From Plasmodiophora brassicae (lineage: Eukaryota): a DNA stretch of 64,000 nt. A program made the translations under genes and the position numbers. The number at the start of each line of letters is the position of its first letter. Position 1 is the stretch's first letter. Positions 48,713 through 59,351 of this stretch are shown here, piece after piece. The stretch spans positions 496,001-560,000 of the forward strand of contig CP145413.1 of the NCBI GenBank assembly GCA_036867785.1. Direction: 5' to 3'. The notes under the pieces are model-generated. The model was not told the DNA's origin. It ran no database searches and saw nothing but the letters and a program-made list of their open reading frames with translations.

Positions 48713-51700
48713 ATGACGCCCGACGCCCCATGGTCGCCGCGCACCTCGCTGATGGTCTACCTGGACGTCGTGTGAGCAGCCGGCGCGGGCTGGTGGGCGC
48801 CCCACCGAACGTCGCTGACCACCGCTCCTGCTGCCAGGAATGTCCCGCTGTCGAACCATTCCCTCGTTGCTGCGCTGTTCTGCGACGACCTCAACATGGA
48901 GCAGTCGGTCGCCCTGGGCGTCACGCCCGTAGGCTAGCGGGGCGTCGCCACCGCGATCCAGTAGTGGTAGTAATCGGGGGGTGCTTGCCAGGTGACGCCG
49001 AACACCGAGAGCCACATCGCGTTCAACAGATCGATCGAGGTCCCCGTGCGCTTCGACGCGCGCCAGCAGCTGACCGTTCGCCTGTACTTCTGCACGGTCA
49101 AGGACCGCGCACTGGCGTCCATGCCGATGGCCGACAAGGTATCTCCTAGACGCGGCGCGCCGGTCGGCACACTTAGGTGCCTCTCTCCCTCTCTGTAGCT
49201 GTCGACGATCTCGCCCGGCGTCATCGGGGAGACCGTCGTCACGATCCACGACCTCCTGCATGACCCGGGCATCCATGCGGCCGACGACGACGACTCGTTG
49301 CTAACGGGATTCGTGCGGCCGCTGAAAACCGTGTCGGGCGCCACTGTCGTTGGGCACGGCGGCAGCCCCATCAAGGTCGCCTTGTCGTGGCGCGCCATGC
49401 ATTGCAACACCCGCGTCGCCAACCTGCTCTTCTCCGCGTCCCTCTTTCGGGGACAGTTCTCCTGCATCACCCGGTCAGGTCGGTGGGGGGCGCGCTCCGA
49501 CAGCATCGTCTGATCTGCCTGCAGGTTCATCGCTCCTTCGATTCGGTTGCAGGTGCTGCGCCAGGTCAACGGTGACGACCCGAGCGCCAGCGCGTGGGAT
49601 CGCCTCGTGCATGCGCCTGCCACGAGAGGCCTCGAACCATCGTGGTTCGTCGAGGACACGTGCGTGGACAGGCTCCTGCCTGACGCAGGCGACGCGTTAC
49701 GCGTCAAGCTGTGGCACGTCCCGACGGTCGCCGGTCGCGACCGTCTGATTGCCGATGGGCTGCTCAAGCGGGCCCAGATCCTCAAACTGATCGGCGACCT
49801 CGACGAGCGCGCCAGGGCGGAGGAGGCCATGCTGGACAGAGGGTCGCAGGGCAACGTCCGCGAGGTGGAGAACCAGATGCAGGCCAACCTGACGGCCATG
49901 CTGCACAACCCGGGCACGCTGACCGCCAAACTCCAGTCGCCCGTCGAGGAGACGCTCGATACCGCCGAGGTCAAGCTCGAGATCGCGCGTATCAACCGAA
50001 CGTTCGCGCTGTTCGAGTACCTGAGCGCCGGCATGACACTCGACGTCACCGTGGCCGTCGACCTGAGCAAGGCGAACGGCGACCAGAGCGACGTAGGTGA
50101 CCGGGCGCCTTCGCCGGCCCTATCCGCCTGATCGATCTGTCGCAGCCGAAGAGCCTGCACTTTCTCGATCCGAAAGGGGCGGACCCCAGCTGCTATGCTG
50201 GCAACATGAAGGCGGCCGTCGAGATGCTCGAGCCGTACGCGTGCAGGATATTCCCATTGGGATTCGTATGGCATCGTGCGCGGTTCCGCGTCACCCGTCG
50301 TTGTTATGACAGGGGGTGCCCATGGCAGAACGGTACCCTGCCGAAGGAGACCGCATCCGAGGGCGCGTTCCAGTTGTGTCGGGTCAGGCCGTCGGGTGTG
50401 GTCAGTACCACATACCGTTCGGGTGCCTGTGTGCGGATGCGCCCGACTGAAACCGACCTGTCGGGCAGGTGGACAGCTGGGCGCAGCTGAGCACCTGCTA
50501 CCAGAACGTGATTCCGGGCGTCGCGTTGGGCGCCGGGCCGTCCATGGCCGCACCGCTCGTTTCACGCGTCGTCCAATCGTCGGTGCCGTTTTCATCGGAG
50601 AAGCAGACGTACTCGGTGCTCGTGATCTTCACCAATTCCGTCCCGAAGGACCTATCGGCATTCAAGGCCAGGTACGCCGCCCGCCCGCGCCATGACGCGA
50701 TCCCGGTCGATGATGTTGGAACAGCGTCCAGGAGTCGTCGTCGCATCCGGTCTCGGTCATTGTCGTTGGCGTCCTGCCTAGGAACTTCAGCCCGTCGTCC
50801 AAGCACGCGTTCCAGCCCCTGGCCAGGTTGGCGAAATCGCTGCGCGGCCGCGATGGCCTTGACGGCCGCAACAACTTCCAGTTCGTGGCCGCCCTCAACG
50901 AGTCGCGCCAGGCCTGCCGGTCCATGATGGCGGAACTGGAGGCCCAGATCCTCGCGTATGTGCCTCGTCGAAGGTGGCCTGCGCCGCTAGGTTCCGCCGT
51001 CTGATCAGGCGGGTGCCCAGATTCACGCGGGAGATTCGTACGCGCCCGCTGGCCATCGCGCCTCTGATCACGCGGGACGCCTTGGAGCGCCTTGAAGCCC
51101 GCCATGGATTCAGGCGCCGGCCGACATCGGACCTGGTCAGGAGGTCGATGGACAAGAACGCGCTGTCACCTGCACGATCCCCTTCCATCGGGCGGCACCC
51201 TTCTCTCGGACGACAGCCTTCCCTGGCCCGGGTGTCGTCTTTGGGGAGGCCACCCTCCTTGAGCCGCGTCCCAACGGAGCACGATTCCGAGTCGAACCTT
51301 CAAGCATCGCCGTCCCGTATCCCATCGGTATTCGACGGCGCTGCGTTGGTTGAAGACCTCACCACTGACGCGCCTGCAGATGGACAACGGGAGCGAGTCG
51401 AACGGCCCGATCAGTGGTCGCGTGGGGCGCGCGGCCGACGACCCCAGTCACCGATCGGGGGACAGCCGGACGGGGCCGGTGACCAGCGCGACGCATTCGA
51501 ACACGTTGTCGAAGCCGGCTGGACCGACAACGGCCGACATTCTGAAGGAGAAGACGGATGCCGACATCCTGAAAGAGAAGGCGGGCGGTCTCGTGCAGTG
51601 TTCGCCAGCGCCGCCGGTCTGATGCTCCTTGCAGGAAGGCGAAGCGAATGCGATTCGCGAAAGGTACAGGATGTCGACCGCCAAGCGCACGTTGAACGTG

Positions 51701-51985
51701 AAAGCGAGGACGGCGCTACGCGATGCGATCCAGCTGAAGCTCGTGTGCGACCCGTACGAATGGAAGGGGAAGGCGTCCATGGTGACGGACACGACGCCCG
51801 AGGCGACCTCGTCGGTCCAGTTCATGTCGCCGCATCGCAGGATGCGGTACGCCACACGGGGCGTGCGCCAGAAGGGCGCCATGCCCACCACGATCTTCAA
51901 CAAGCGATTCGGCCGCCTGCCGTCTGCCGTCCCTGACGACGACGATCCCGTCGATCTCCCGGGGGGAGACGAGCCGCGGCAGTAA
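48713..51985 (+). CDS. Copine-like protein (degenerate C2 domains plus vWA) with long C-terminal tail, multi-exon
   Basis: FEYLSAGMTLDVTVAVDLSKANGD, LGAGPSMAAPLV, TYSVLVIFT, SVIVVGV, GRNNFQFV; exon structure approximate. Confidence 0.72.
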
Positions 51986-52109
51986 CCGCCGGTAAATAGA
52001 CGAACACGTCGTGGCGGCTCAGTATGGGATCGTCTGTACGATGATTGTATGAATACACCCTTCATGGCCTGAAAGGAGCCGATGATGACACGATAAACAC
52101 AGGTTGGGC

Positions 52110-53540
52110 CTACGCTGGCGATAGGCCGAGATCGCCTGGATCGATGCTGAGTAGGGCCAGTGTCACCAGCGCGTCGCCGATCGGCGACTTGTAGTGTGCA
52201 TGGTCGTACGACAAATCGAAGACCGGCAGGGCCACCGCAAACAGGTCAACGATGGGTAGGGCGGCGCGCTGGGCGGCGGCCGTTGCGATGCGGTTGAATT
52301 CCGCTGTTCTCGCCGGAATCCGCCCCTCATCGCGGGCGCGCATGACTTCCCGGCAGAACACGAGCAGCATGGTGGTCAGCCAGTACATCTTGGGCGGGTT
52401 CGCCATGCGCGACAGCCGGCCGAACACAGCATCAACCATCGTGGCGTAGTCCGACGGCGTCGTCAGGACGGCGAGCGGATGCTGACCGGTGTTGAACAGC
52501 AGGACCCGGCAGGCAGCCAGGTCTGCCTCGGGGATCTCCCCATACGGCGCCATGATGTAGGTGAGTGGCGCCGTCGCCTGGCAGATTTCTTTGGCGGCCG
52601 CGTTCAAGCAGCCGATGTTCGATGGGTTTATCACGATCTCCATGGAGTTGTGCAGGTGCCGCGCGTGGCTGTCGCCGGCCAGACAGATCCGCCCCTCCGT
52701 CGGCATGAACCGCGACAGGTCTCCGGCCTGGCACGAGAAGAACCTGTACTTCAGGCGTTGAAACAGCTGGGCGACCCGGGCGCGGTCCAGTCCGGTCGCC
52801 TCCCAGGACGACGGGGACAGCCGCATCCAGATCGCCGGATCGTACGCTTCGTCGAGGTGGTACTTGGTGACGGTCAGGAAGTCGGCGATCTGTTCAGCGG
52901 ATAGGGCATCGGGACCGGCGTCGCCGGCGCCGTCGATGATCCAGGACCCGCCGCCCGACTGCACGAGATCGCGCGTGCAGTTCGGCAGCGATGATGGATT
53001 GTGCAGGGCCTCGCAGGCCGCCATGGAATCTGGGACGGCGAACGCATCCCGGATGACGTTCTCCAGGCGTTGCAGCTGATTGAAATGTGCCAACTGGCGT
53101 GTGATGTTGCCGTCGGCGGCGACGTAGGCCTGGAACGTGGGCAGGAACTCCACGCGGTACAGGCCCGCACACTCGAGGTGGTAGTCGGCGGCCCAGTGCA
53201 GGTCGTCGACCCGCGCCGCGAATAACGACTTCAGTTGGCGCGGGCCAACGATCCGGATCAGGAGGTGCGGGCAGGCGGTGACGCCGTCCACACACGATGC
53301 GTTGTGCAATCGGATCAAGTACCGGCCGGCGTTGCCTGAAACCGGCTGTCGTTCAATCCAGCGAACGAATGCGGCGCCGGGCAGACGCGCCGCCGTTTCG
53401 ACAATGGGCGGCGGCGCGGAAAGGTAGCCGGTGTTCAGGGCCGACGGCCACAGGAACATAATAGCGAACATCGTCGTAGCCGACAGCACGACAACGGTCA
53501 TCATCTGGACGAGTTGCCTGCATCGAGCAGAGCGCGTCAT
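52110..53540 (-). CDS. Type II membrane SGNH/PC-esterase-like protein (TBL/NXPE/CAS1-type acyltransferase or esterase)
   Basis: N-terminal TM; ICLAGDSHARH (GDS) and DHAHY (DxxH) catalytic motifs; intronless. Confidence 0.72.
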   Translation of the reverse strand: MTRSARCRQLVQMMTVVVLSATTMFAIMFLWPSALNTGYLSAPPPIVETAARLPGAAFVRWIERQPVSGNAGRYLIRLHNASCVDGVTACPHLLIRIVGPRQLKSLFAARVDDLHWAADYHLECAGLYRVEFLPTFQAYVAADGNITRQLAHFNQLQRLENVIRDAFAVPDSMAACEALHNPSSLPNCTRDLVQSGGGSWIIDGAGDAGPDALSAEQIADFLTVTKYHLDEAYDPAIWMRLSPSSWEATGLDRARVAQLFQRLKYRFFSCQAGDLSRFMPTEGRICLAGDSHARHLHNSMEIVINPSNIGCLNAAAKEICQATAPLTYIMAPYGEIPEADLAACRVLLFNTGQHPLAVLTTPSDYATMVDAVFGRLSRMANPPKMYWLTTMLLVFCREVMRARDEGRIPARTAEFNRIATAAAQRAALPIVDLFAVALPVFDLSYDHAHYKSPIGDALVTLALLSIDPGDLGLSPA

Positions 53541-54429
53541 TTTAATCGCCGACCCCGCTGACGTTCCCGTAATGGCGACGCGATTTATCCCGACCGATGA
53601 CGGAGCAGGACGGCGGCGACGTGACGGCCGTGTAACAGGTCCTTGCCAAGCCGTAACCGGCAACGGCGTCAGCGGCGGAGCCTCTGCTTGGACGTTATGC
53701 AGTCGCGCACAGTCACGCTGTGAACGTGTAGAATACAATTCCATTGGGCTCAGATGTGTTCGGCGTTCTCACGCCGATTCCGCATCGTTTCTCACTCACT
53801 CTGCGTCGGATGTCCCTATTCTGCAGATCCTCATCGCCAACAGGCGGACGCGTCCGCTTGCTATAATTGGCGCGGGCCATGGTCGCCTCGCGGCTATGGG
53901 ACCGGGCTGGTCGGCGTGCCCGTTGGTGATGCCGGCCGTGATGACCGGTTGTACCTTCGTTGACGACGTCAAGGAGTAACAACAGCACTCAGCAGCGCGC
54001 ACTGGGCTTAGCATTCGCGCCCGCCGCCATCGGCATCCGGTGGTGATCCGCTCCGTGACAACTTGAGTTGGCACCGTTAAGCGGCACCTTCACAAGTGAT
54101 GGGACCTGACACTATTTAGTACGACACCTGCCTACCGACAGAGCCCATCTGAACGCGAAACATGCCCGCGCACGGAACCGCAATCGTGGAGTGCCAGACA
54201 CTGTCATCAACCCCAGCAGTACCTGCACAGCACGCGCGCTATGAAGGTCTGACTGCCCGAGACGCATACGTTCCGAAGTGGCCAATGAACCAGACGTGCT
54301 GAGGCTGGTGCCCCGGGCGGACATTAAGTGAACGCAGCAGTTAGATAGCAACAAATGGCGGGGTCTATTGCACTTTTGCAGCAATATGGAACCCAACAGA
54401 GCCCATTTGAAGGAGAACGCAATGCAGGC

Positions 54430-56042
54430 TCAGTCAGATCCGCGTTTTCGCTTGCCAGGCTTCCTGCTAGGCTTCGCCTTGGGCTTGGTCGGGCTCGGCG
54501 GCGAGGCAGCAAACGGGTCCTGCGCGGGTGCCTCGTAAACGGCGAAACCGTCGACGGTTTCGTTCGTCTTGGCATGCGATGTGTCCATCAAGAACGCGGT
54601 AAAGCCGTTTCCGCAGACGACCTGCTGGGTGATCAGACCTTCCAGTGGGGAGCACTTTGCCGGCGACGCCGACGTCTTCCTTCCATATGGACCGCCAGCA
54701 AGTTCACCGTGCGTCGCGTTCCCCCAGAGAATGCACGACGATTCCGCCGCCACTCCGAACGTGGCCTTACCCGCCGACAGCGATCTCAGTTCCCAGCCTC
54801 GAAGGTCATAGCACATGGTGGGCGTCATCATTGCATCTCCGGACGGCTTGACTTTGCCCCACCTGCGATGACCGTCAGACACCCGCTCGAACCGTTTCCC
54901 TGGCAGTAACCCTGACCAGTAGATGCCGTGCTGGCTCGAGATGATGGAGCACGTTCCTCCACAAGCCATGACAGCATCCACGGGGACAGCTCGGTTGCTG
55001 GTAAACGTGCCGATCTGTCGCGGTCGCAGCTCGTCGCGTTGCACCTCATGGCCAAGCCTGAAGAAAGCATCCGACTCAGCGAACGGACCCTCTACATCAG
55101 CCTAAACAATACTACCGGCCATAGTCGCCACAGCCCCAGGAGTAGACGGACCCATCGTCAGTCAGGCAGATGGTGTGATTGATGCCGCAGGCGACGTTGA
55201 CAACGGAATCCTTGGGGATGCCAGGGACGTGTCGAGGCCGGGGCTGGGCCTCGATTTCCATCTTGATCGAACTGCTCTTCGTGTTGAACGTGTGGGTGCT
55301 GCCGTCGCCCAGGGCACCGTTCTCTCCACTGCCCGCCGCGTACAGGTTACCCTCCTGGGACAGCCACATTGTGAAATCCGCCCCACAGGCCACCATCTTC
55401 ACCGCCTTCGACAAGGCGACGCGCACGGGCGTCGCGACTTGGTCGACATCCGATCCAGTGCCCAATTGGCCTATGCGCACACACGGGCCCGTCATCATCA
55501 AACAGTCGTAAACGAGAGCGCCGCCGTCCACGTTACCGAATTTGTTGTCGCCGCACGACATTGCCGTCCCGTCAGCGAGGACAAACGACGAGTGGGCACG
55601 ACCGCACGACACAGAGACGACATTGTGGATATCGGGGACCTTCGTCGGCTGGTTCCGCTGTACGCGATCGCCGAGGCCGAGTTGCCCTTCGAGGTTGCGC
55701 CCCCAGGCGTACGCGTCCCCGTTGATGTCGACGGCGAACAGGTGGCTAGCGGCCGGCCCGCTGGCTATGAACCGGACGACGACCTCAGACAGCGACGCTA
55801 GCCGATGCGGCGACAGCAGGTCCTGGTAGAACTGCGCACGTTCCTCGCTGACACCGTCCGCGGCCGCCTTCTTGCCCTTGGCAGGTGGCCCCCGGCGCGC
55901 CAACTGCGCACACCATGAGGTACACTTTCGTCCACACATACATCGGCACCGCGCGTACGTTCTCAAAGTCGACACCACCGGCGAACAGCACGACGCCGCC
56001 CCCGAACACACTGCCGCCATCGTCGACGACGTCGGCCGTCAT
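54430..56042 (-). CDS. RCC2: RCC1-repeat protein RCC2/TD-60-like, multi-exon
   Basis: FIASGPAASH, WGRNLEGQLGLGD, VACGADFT, VACGINHT, SWGCGDYGR, MTPTMCYDLRGW, ILWGNATHGELAGG, KTSASP. Confidence 0.85.
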
Positions 56043-56302
56043 GATTGGCTGGTCTCTGGTCGACTTGACGATTGGCCAACGGACCGCGACTGCTCCTTTT
56101 TTGCCGCACCGCGCCGGCTCTGCCCCGCCTACATACTGCGTCACGGTCATGCCGCCGGCGCGAACGCATTTTGTGCGCGCAGCTGCCGCTGCGCAAGTGC
56201 TTCGTAGCATACACGCAACACTCGAATACTAATAGGATAGGAAAACAGATACGATATATGCGGCATATCAATTGGCAACACCGGGTAGTACTGCTGAACG
56301 CA

Positions 56303-57394
56303 TCAGGCAGCGATGATGGCGATGACGATGGCAGATAGCGCGGTGATAATAGGGACGGGGTAGATTGACGCGGATGAGCTGATTGCGACTGCTGGTGGCG
56401 GCAGGGGTCGCTGCTTCACGGGGATGGCGCGGGCGCCGACGCCGGTGTTGGCGGCGGCGGCGTGGATGCCAAGCCCGATGGCGCCGGCGATGGCGATCGC
56501 GGGGACGATCCGGTTCTTGATCGAGAATCTGGACGGGGGCGGGAGTGCCGGAAGGGACTTGGCCGGCAGTCGCTGGATCACATTCTTTAGCATGTATGCT
56601 GCGGCGAGGCTACCAGCGGCGCGTCCCAGGGTCCATTTCCACCTGGATGGCGATGCCGTTCTTGTACTTGTCGCCGCACTGCTCGTCTCGGGGGCCGCAA
56701 CAGGAACGCTGTCCTGAACGCCTTCGGCTGGGGCGACCTCGGTCTGATCGGGACTGCTCGTGTTCTGCTGACTGCCGGCGACGGGAACGCGCCCTTCAGC
56801 AGCAGCGTCCATGGGGGTATCGTCGTCGTCGTCGTTAGACTCGTCAACAGTTTGCAACGGACGATCGTGTGGAGGTTCGTCGTGTTGCCAGAACGTACAG
56901 TCGGGATTCGACTGCGTCTCGAGTCGATCGTCGGCGGGCATCGGCGTGCAGGATCGTGATGCCGGTTGCGACAAGGCCTTCCCCGGGGCCGGCCGAACCC
57001 GCGCCGACAAGGTGTCGTCGGAATCGGTGGCCGAAGTCGAGCACGGCAGGAACTGGACAAGTTGAGGGGTCTTGCCCGCTTGCGATTCGAGTTCCTCTAG
57101 CCGAGCTGTCAGCCGGGCCACACGCGTTTCCAGAGCGCCGCGCTTGGTCTCGTAGTTCTTCGTCAACACAGAACGACGACGGCGAAGCACGCGGACGTTC
57201 CCGGCGGGAATACTCGCCAGATCCCGTTCATACTGCTGCTTGCACTTGAGACCCGACCGGGCCTCCTCCCCAAGCGCTTTCTTCATGCGAGCGATCTTCG
57301 CCTGAAGGTCACCGTTGCCCGTCGATGCCGCCGCGGCGCCGAGAGCCACGGTCACGACGACCAACCAGCAGACGACGGCCTTGACGCGAACCAT
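56303..57394 (-). CDS. Secreted/membrane-anchored orphan protein (signal peptide, coiled coil, C-terminal hydrophobic anchor)
   Basis: MVRVKAVVCWLVVVTVALGAAAA; coiled coil; acidic linker; hydrophobic IVPAIAIAGAIGLGI and terminal PIITALSAIVIAIIAA; intronless. Confidence 0.75.
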   Translation of the reverse strand: MVRVKAVVCWLVVVTVALGAAAASTGNGDLQAKIARMKKALGEEARSGLKCKQQYERDLASIPAGNVRVLRRRRSVLTKNYETKRGALETRVARLTARLEELESQAGKTPQLVQFLPCSTSATDSDDTLSARVRPAPGKALSQPASRSCTPMPADDRLETQSNPDCTFWQHDEPPHDRPLQTVDESNDDDDDTPMDAAAEGRVPVAGSQQNTSSPDQTEVAPAEGVQDSVPVAAPETSSAATSTRTASPSRWKWTLGRAAGSLAAAYMLKNVIQRLPAKSLPALPPPSRFSIKNRIVPAIAIAGAIGLGIHAAAANTGVGARAIPVKQRPLPPPAVAISSSASIYPVPIITALSAIVIAIIAA

Positions 57395-57682
57395 GTGCGC
57401 GGTTCGATCGACCCGATTCGGAGTGAGCGGTGTGCGACTCCAAATTCCGCACGCCGGCTACTTCCTTTCAACGCAATCGCAGCGCACACCCGGGCTGAGG
57501 CGCCACAGCGGGCGCCCAAGTTTGGACCCCCTGGCGCCACTGGCGCCGTGGCGCGCACTTGGGGCCCCCCGTGCCACCGGTGCCGCACCGCCAAGTGCCA
57601 AGCCGGCGATCATCACCATCACCGTGACGAAAATACCTACACGCAGCGGTCGTGCACAAGGTCGCACGCGCCATGCGGAGGC

Positions 57683-57874
57683 TGACTCGTATAATGTGCA
57701 AGCAGTTGGAAGCGTTTAGGAAAGTGTTGTCCTCAGTGTATCTAACGTGGGGGGAAGCCGACGTCCCCATGACGTCGCACTCAACTGTGGCGCGGTCGCC
57801 ACTGTGCTTCAGTTGCATCACGTCGTCGCAACTCATGGGTCGGCCACTGTCGCTAGCCTTCCCATCATGAATCA
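57683..57874 (-). repeat. 3' LTR
   Basis: Direct repeat of 59065-59254; imperfect terminal inverted repeat TGACTC...GAATCA. Confidence 0.92.
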
Positions 57875-57938
57875 GCCGCCCTAAGGCGCTAGCGACAGGT
57901 CCACCCGACCCATCCCTGCCGCCCTCTTCATGACCTCC

Positions 57939-58722
57939 GGTTCACGAGTGGTCAGAGAGGCTCCACGCCATGCATGTATGCGATCAAGAAGAACGTACAC
58001 GAGGACGAACTTCCTCTGATTATCGACATACCCGACGACCGTCCGGACCTGGCGTGGAGCGCCATCCAGACAGAGTACTCCGGCCAAGCGGGCACGGAGC
58101 TGGCCATGTTCGACATTCTCTTGTCAACAACGAAGCTCAAGGCGGGCGCCGCCCTCACGGAGACGAAGGCGCACCTGACGGCGATGCGCGACCTGGGCAT
58201 CAACCTGGCCCGGGCGGATCCGAATCGCGCGAAGACTGAGTCGGACATGGCGACGAAGGTCCTTATCTCGTTGCCGTATACCGAGTATAAGGACCTGGTC
58301 AACTCGGTGCTGCGCTGACCTTGCCTTGCGTCAGCTCCCCGAAGGGACCGCGCAGCATCGAGTTGACCAGGTCCATATACTCGCTATACGGCAGCGAGAT
58401 GAGCACCTTTGTCGCCATGTCCGACTCGGTCTTCGCGCGATTCGGATCCGCCCGGGCCAGGTTGATGCCCAGGTCGCGCATCGCCGTCAGGTGCGCCTTC
58501 GTCTCCGTGAGGGCGGCGCCCGCCTTGAGCTTCGTTGTTGACAAGAGAATGTCGAACATGGCCAGCTCCGTGCCCGCTTGGCCGGAGTACTCTGTCTGGA
58601 TGGCGCTCCACGCCAGGTCCGGACGGTCGTCGGGTATGTCGATAATCAGAGGAAGTTCGTCCTCGTGTACGTTCTTCTTGATCGCATACATGGCGTGGAG
58701 CCTCTCTGACCACTCGTGAACC
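57939..58722. repeat. Inverted repeat of gag sequence: arms 57939-58315 and 58350-58722, 34-nt loop
   Basis: Arms are reverse complements; ~260 bp identical, one 4-bp CATG insertion, 8 substitutions near the loop. Confidence 0.97.
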
Positions 58723-59028
58723 TGTGGAGGTCGACGCCCAGACCAAGAAATTGTCCTTGCCCTTCAGCTGGACGGAGATCTTGATGCCGGACTCCTTCAG
58801 GCCCGGCAGCCTTTCCTTCTGCGCCGCTTCCAGCCGCGCCATACGATCCTTGAGCGCCGCGTTCTCGCGCTGGCCGGTCACGCTCTCGGCCGCCGCTGCT
58901 TGCAGGCGTTCAACCTCCGCCTCCAGCCGGCCCTGCTGCCGCTGGGCCTTGGACAGCGCAGCGCTCATCTCGGCGATCACGGCCTCCGCTTGGGCCGGGT
59001 CGGCTGGGATCGTTGGGATCGTCGCCAT
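58316..59028 (-). pseudogene. Copia-type gag fragment, frameshifted near 58725 and truncated
   Basis: Coiled-coil N-terminus, LKGKDNFLVWA, then in another frame AMYAIKKNV...LAWSAIQTEY...KVLISLPYSEY (Copia gag/UBN2-like spacing). Confidence 0.75.
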
Positions 59029-59037
59029 TACGCGTAC

Positions 59038-59064
59038 CAGTCGTAGAGACTGGGACTCTTAATC
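59038..59064 (-). promoter_or_regulatory. Primer-binding site complementary to the 5' half of tRNA-Lys(CUU)
   Basis: Element strand reads GATTAAGAGTCCCA directly after the 5' LTR; + strand CAGTCG-TAGAGACTGGGACTCTTAATC resembles the recalled eukaryotic tRNA-Lys(CUU) D-loop to anticodon arm. Confidence 0.75.
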
Positions 59065-59254
59065 TGACTCGTATAATGTGCAAGCAGTTGGAAGCGTTTA
59101 GGTGTTGTCCCCAGTGTATCAAACGTGGGGGAAGCCGACGTCCCCATGACCTCGTCGCACTCACAGTGGCGCGGTCGCCACTGTGCTTCAGTTGCGTCAC
59201 GTTCGTCGTGACTCATGGGTCGGCCACTGTCGCTAGCCTTCCCATTATGAATCA
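59065..59254 (-). repeat. 5' LTR
   Basis: Direct repeat of 57683-57874 with several substitutions and indels. Confidence 0.92.
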
Positions 59255-59351
59255 TAGGCGATTTCCGAGATGCTATCCTCGAACGTGACAAGATCTGCAT
59301 GTGATCGAACGGGTAGTACCTGGCCTGTCGTTCAGGTGGGGATCGTACGAA

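Larger units (their letters stand above)
57683..59254 (-). mobile_element. Internally deleted, non-autonomous Ty1/Copia-like LTR retrotransposon
   Basis: Two ~190-bp LTRs with TG...CA ends; flanking 5-mers GAGGC (57678-57682) and TAGGC (59255-59259); PBS abutting the 5' LTR; gag fragment; no protease/integrase/RT. Confidence 0.9.

Noticed and set aside
48934-50595. 553-aa minus-strand ORF (and similar long antisense ORFs at 16244-17191, 19267-20415, 33747-34928, 47526-48584)
   Set aside because: Shadow ORFs opposite GC3-rich real genes; no motifs
59038-59064. Possible tRNA-Lys gene
   Set aside because: Only D-loop to anticodon similarity; no T-arm or acceptor stem; it abuts the LTR, so it is a primer-binding site
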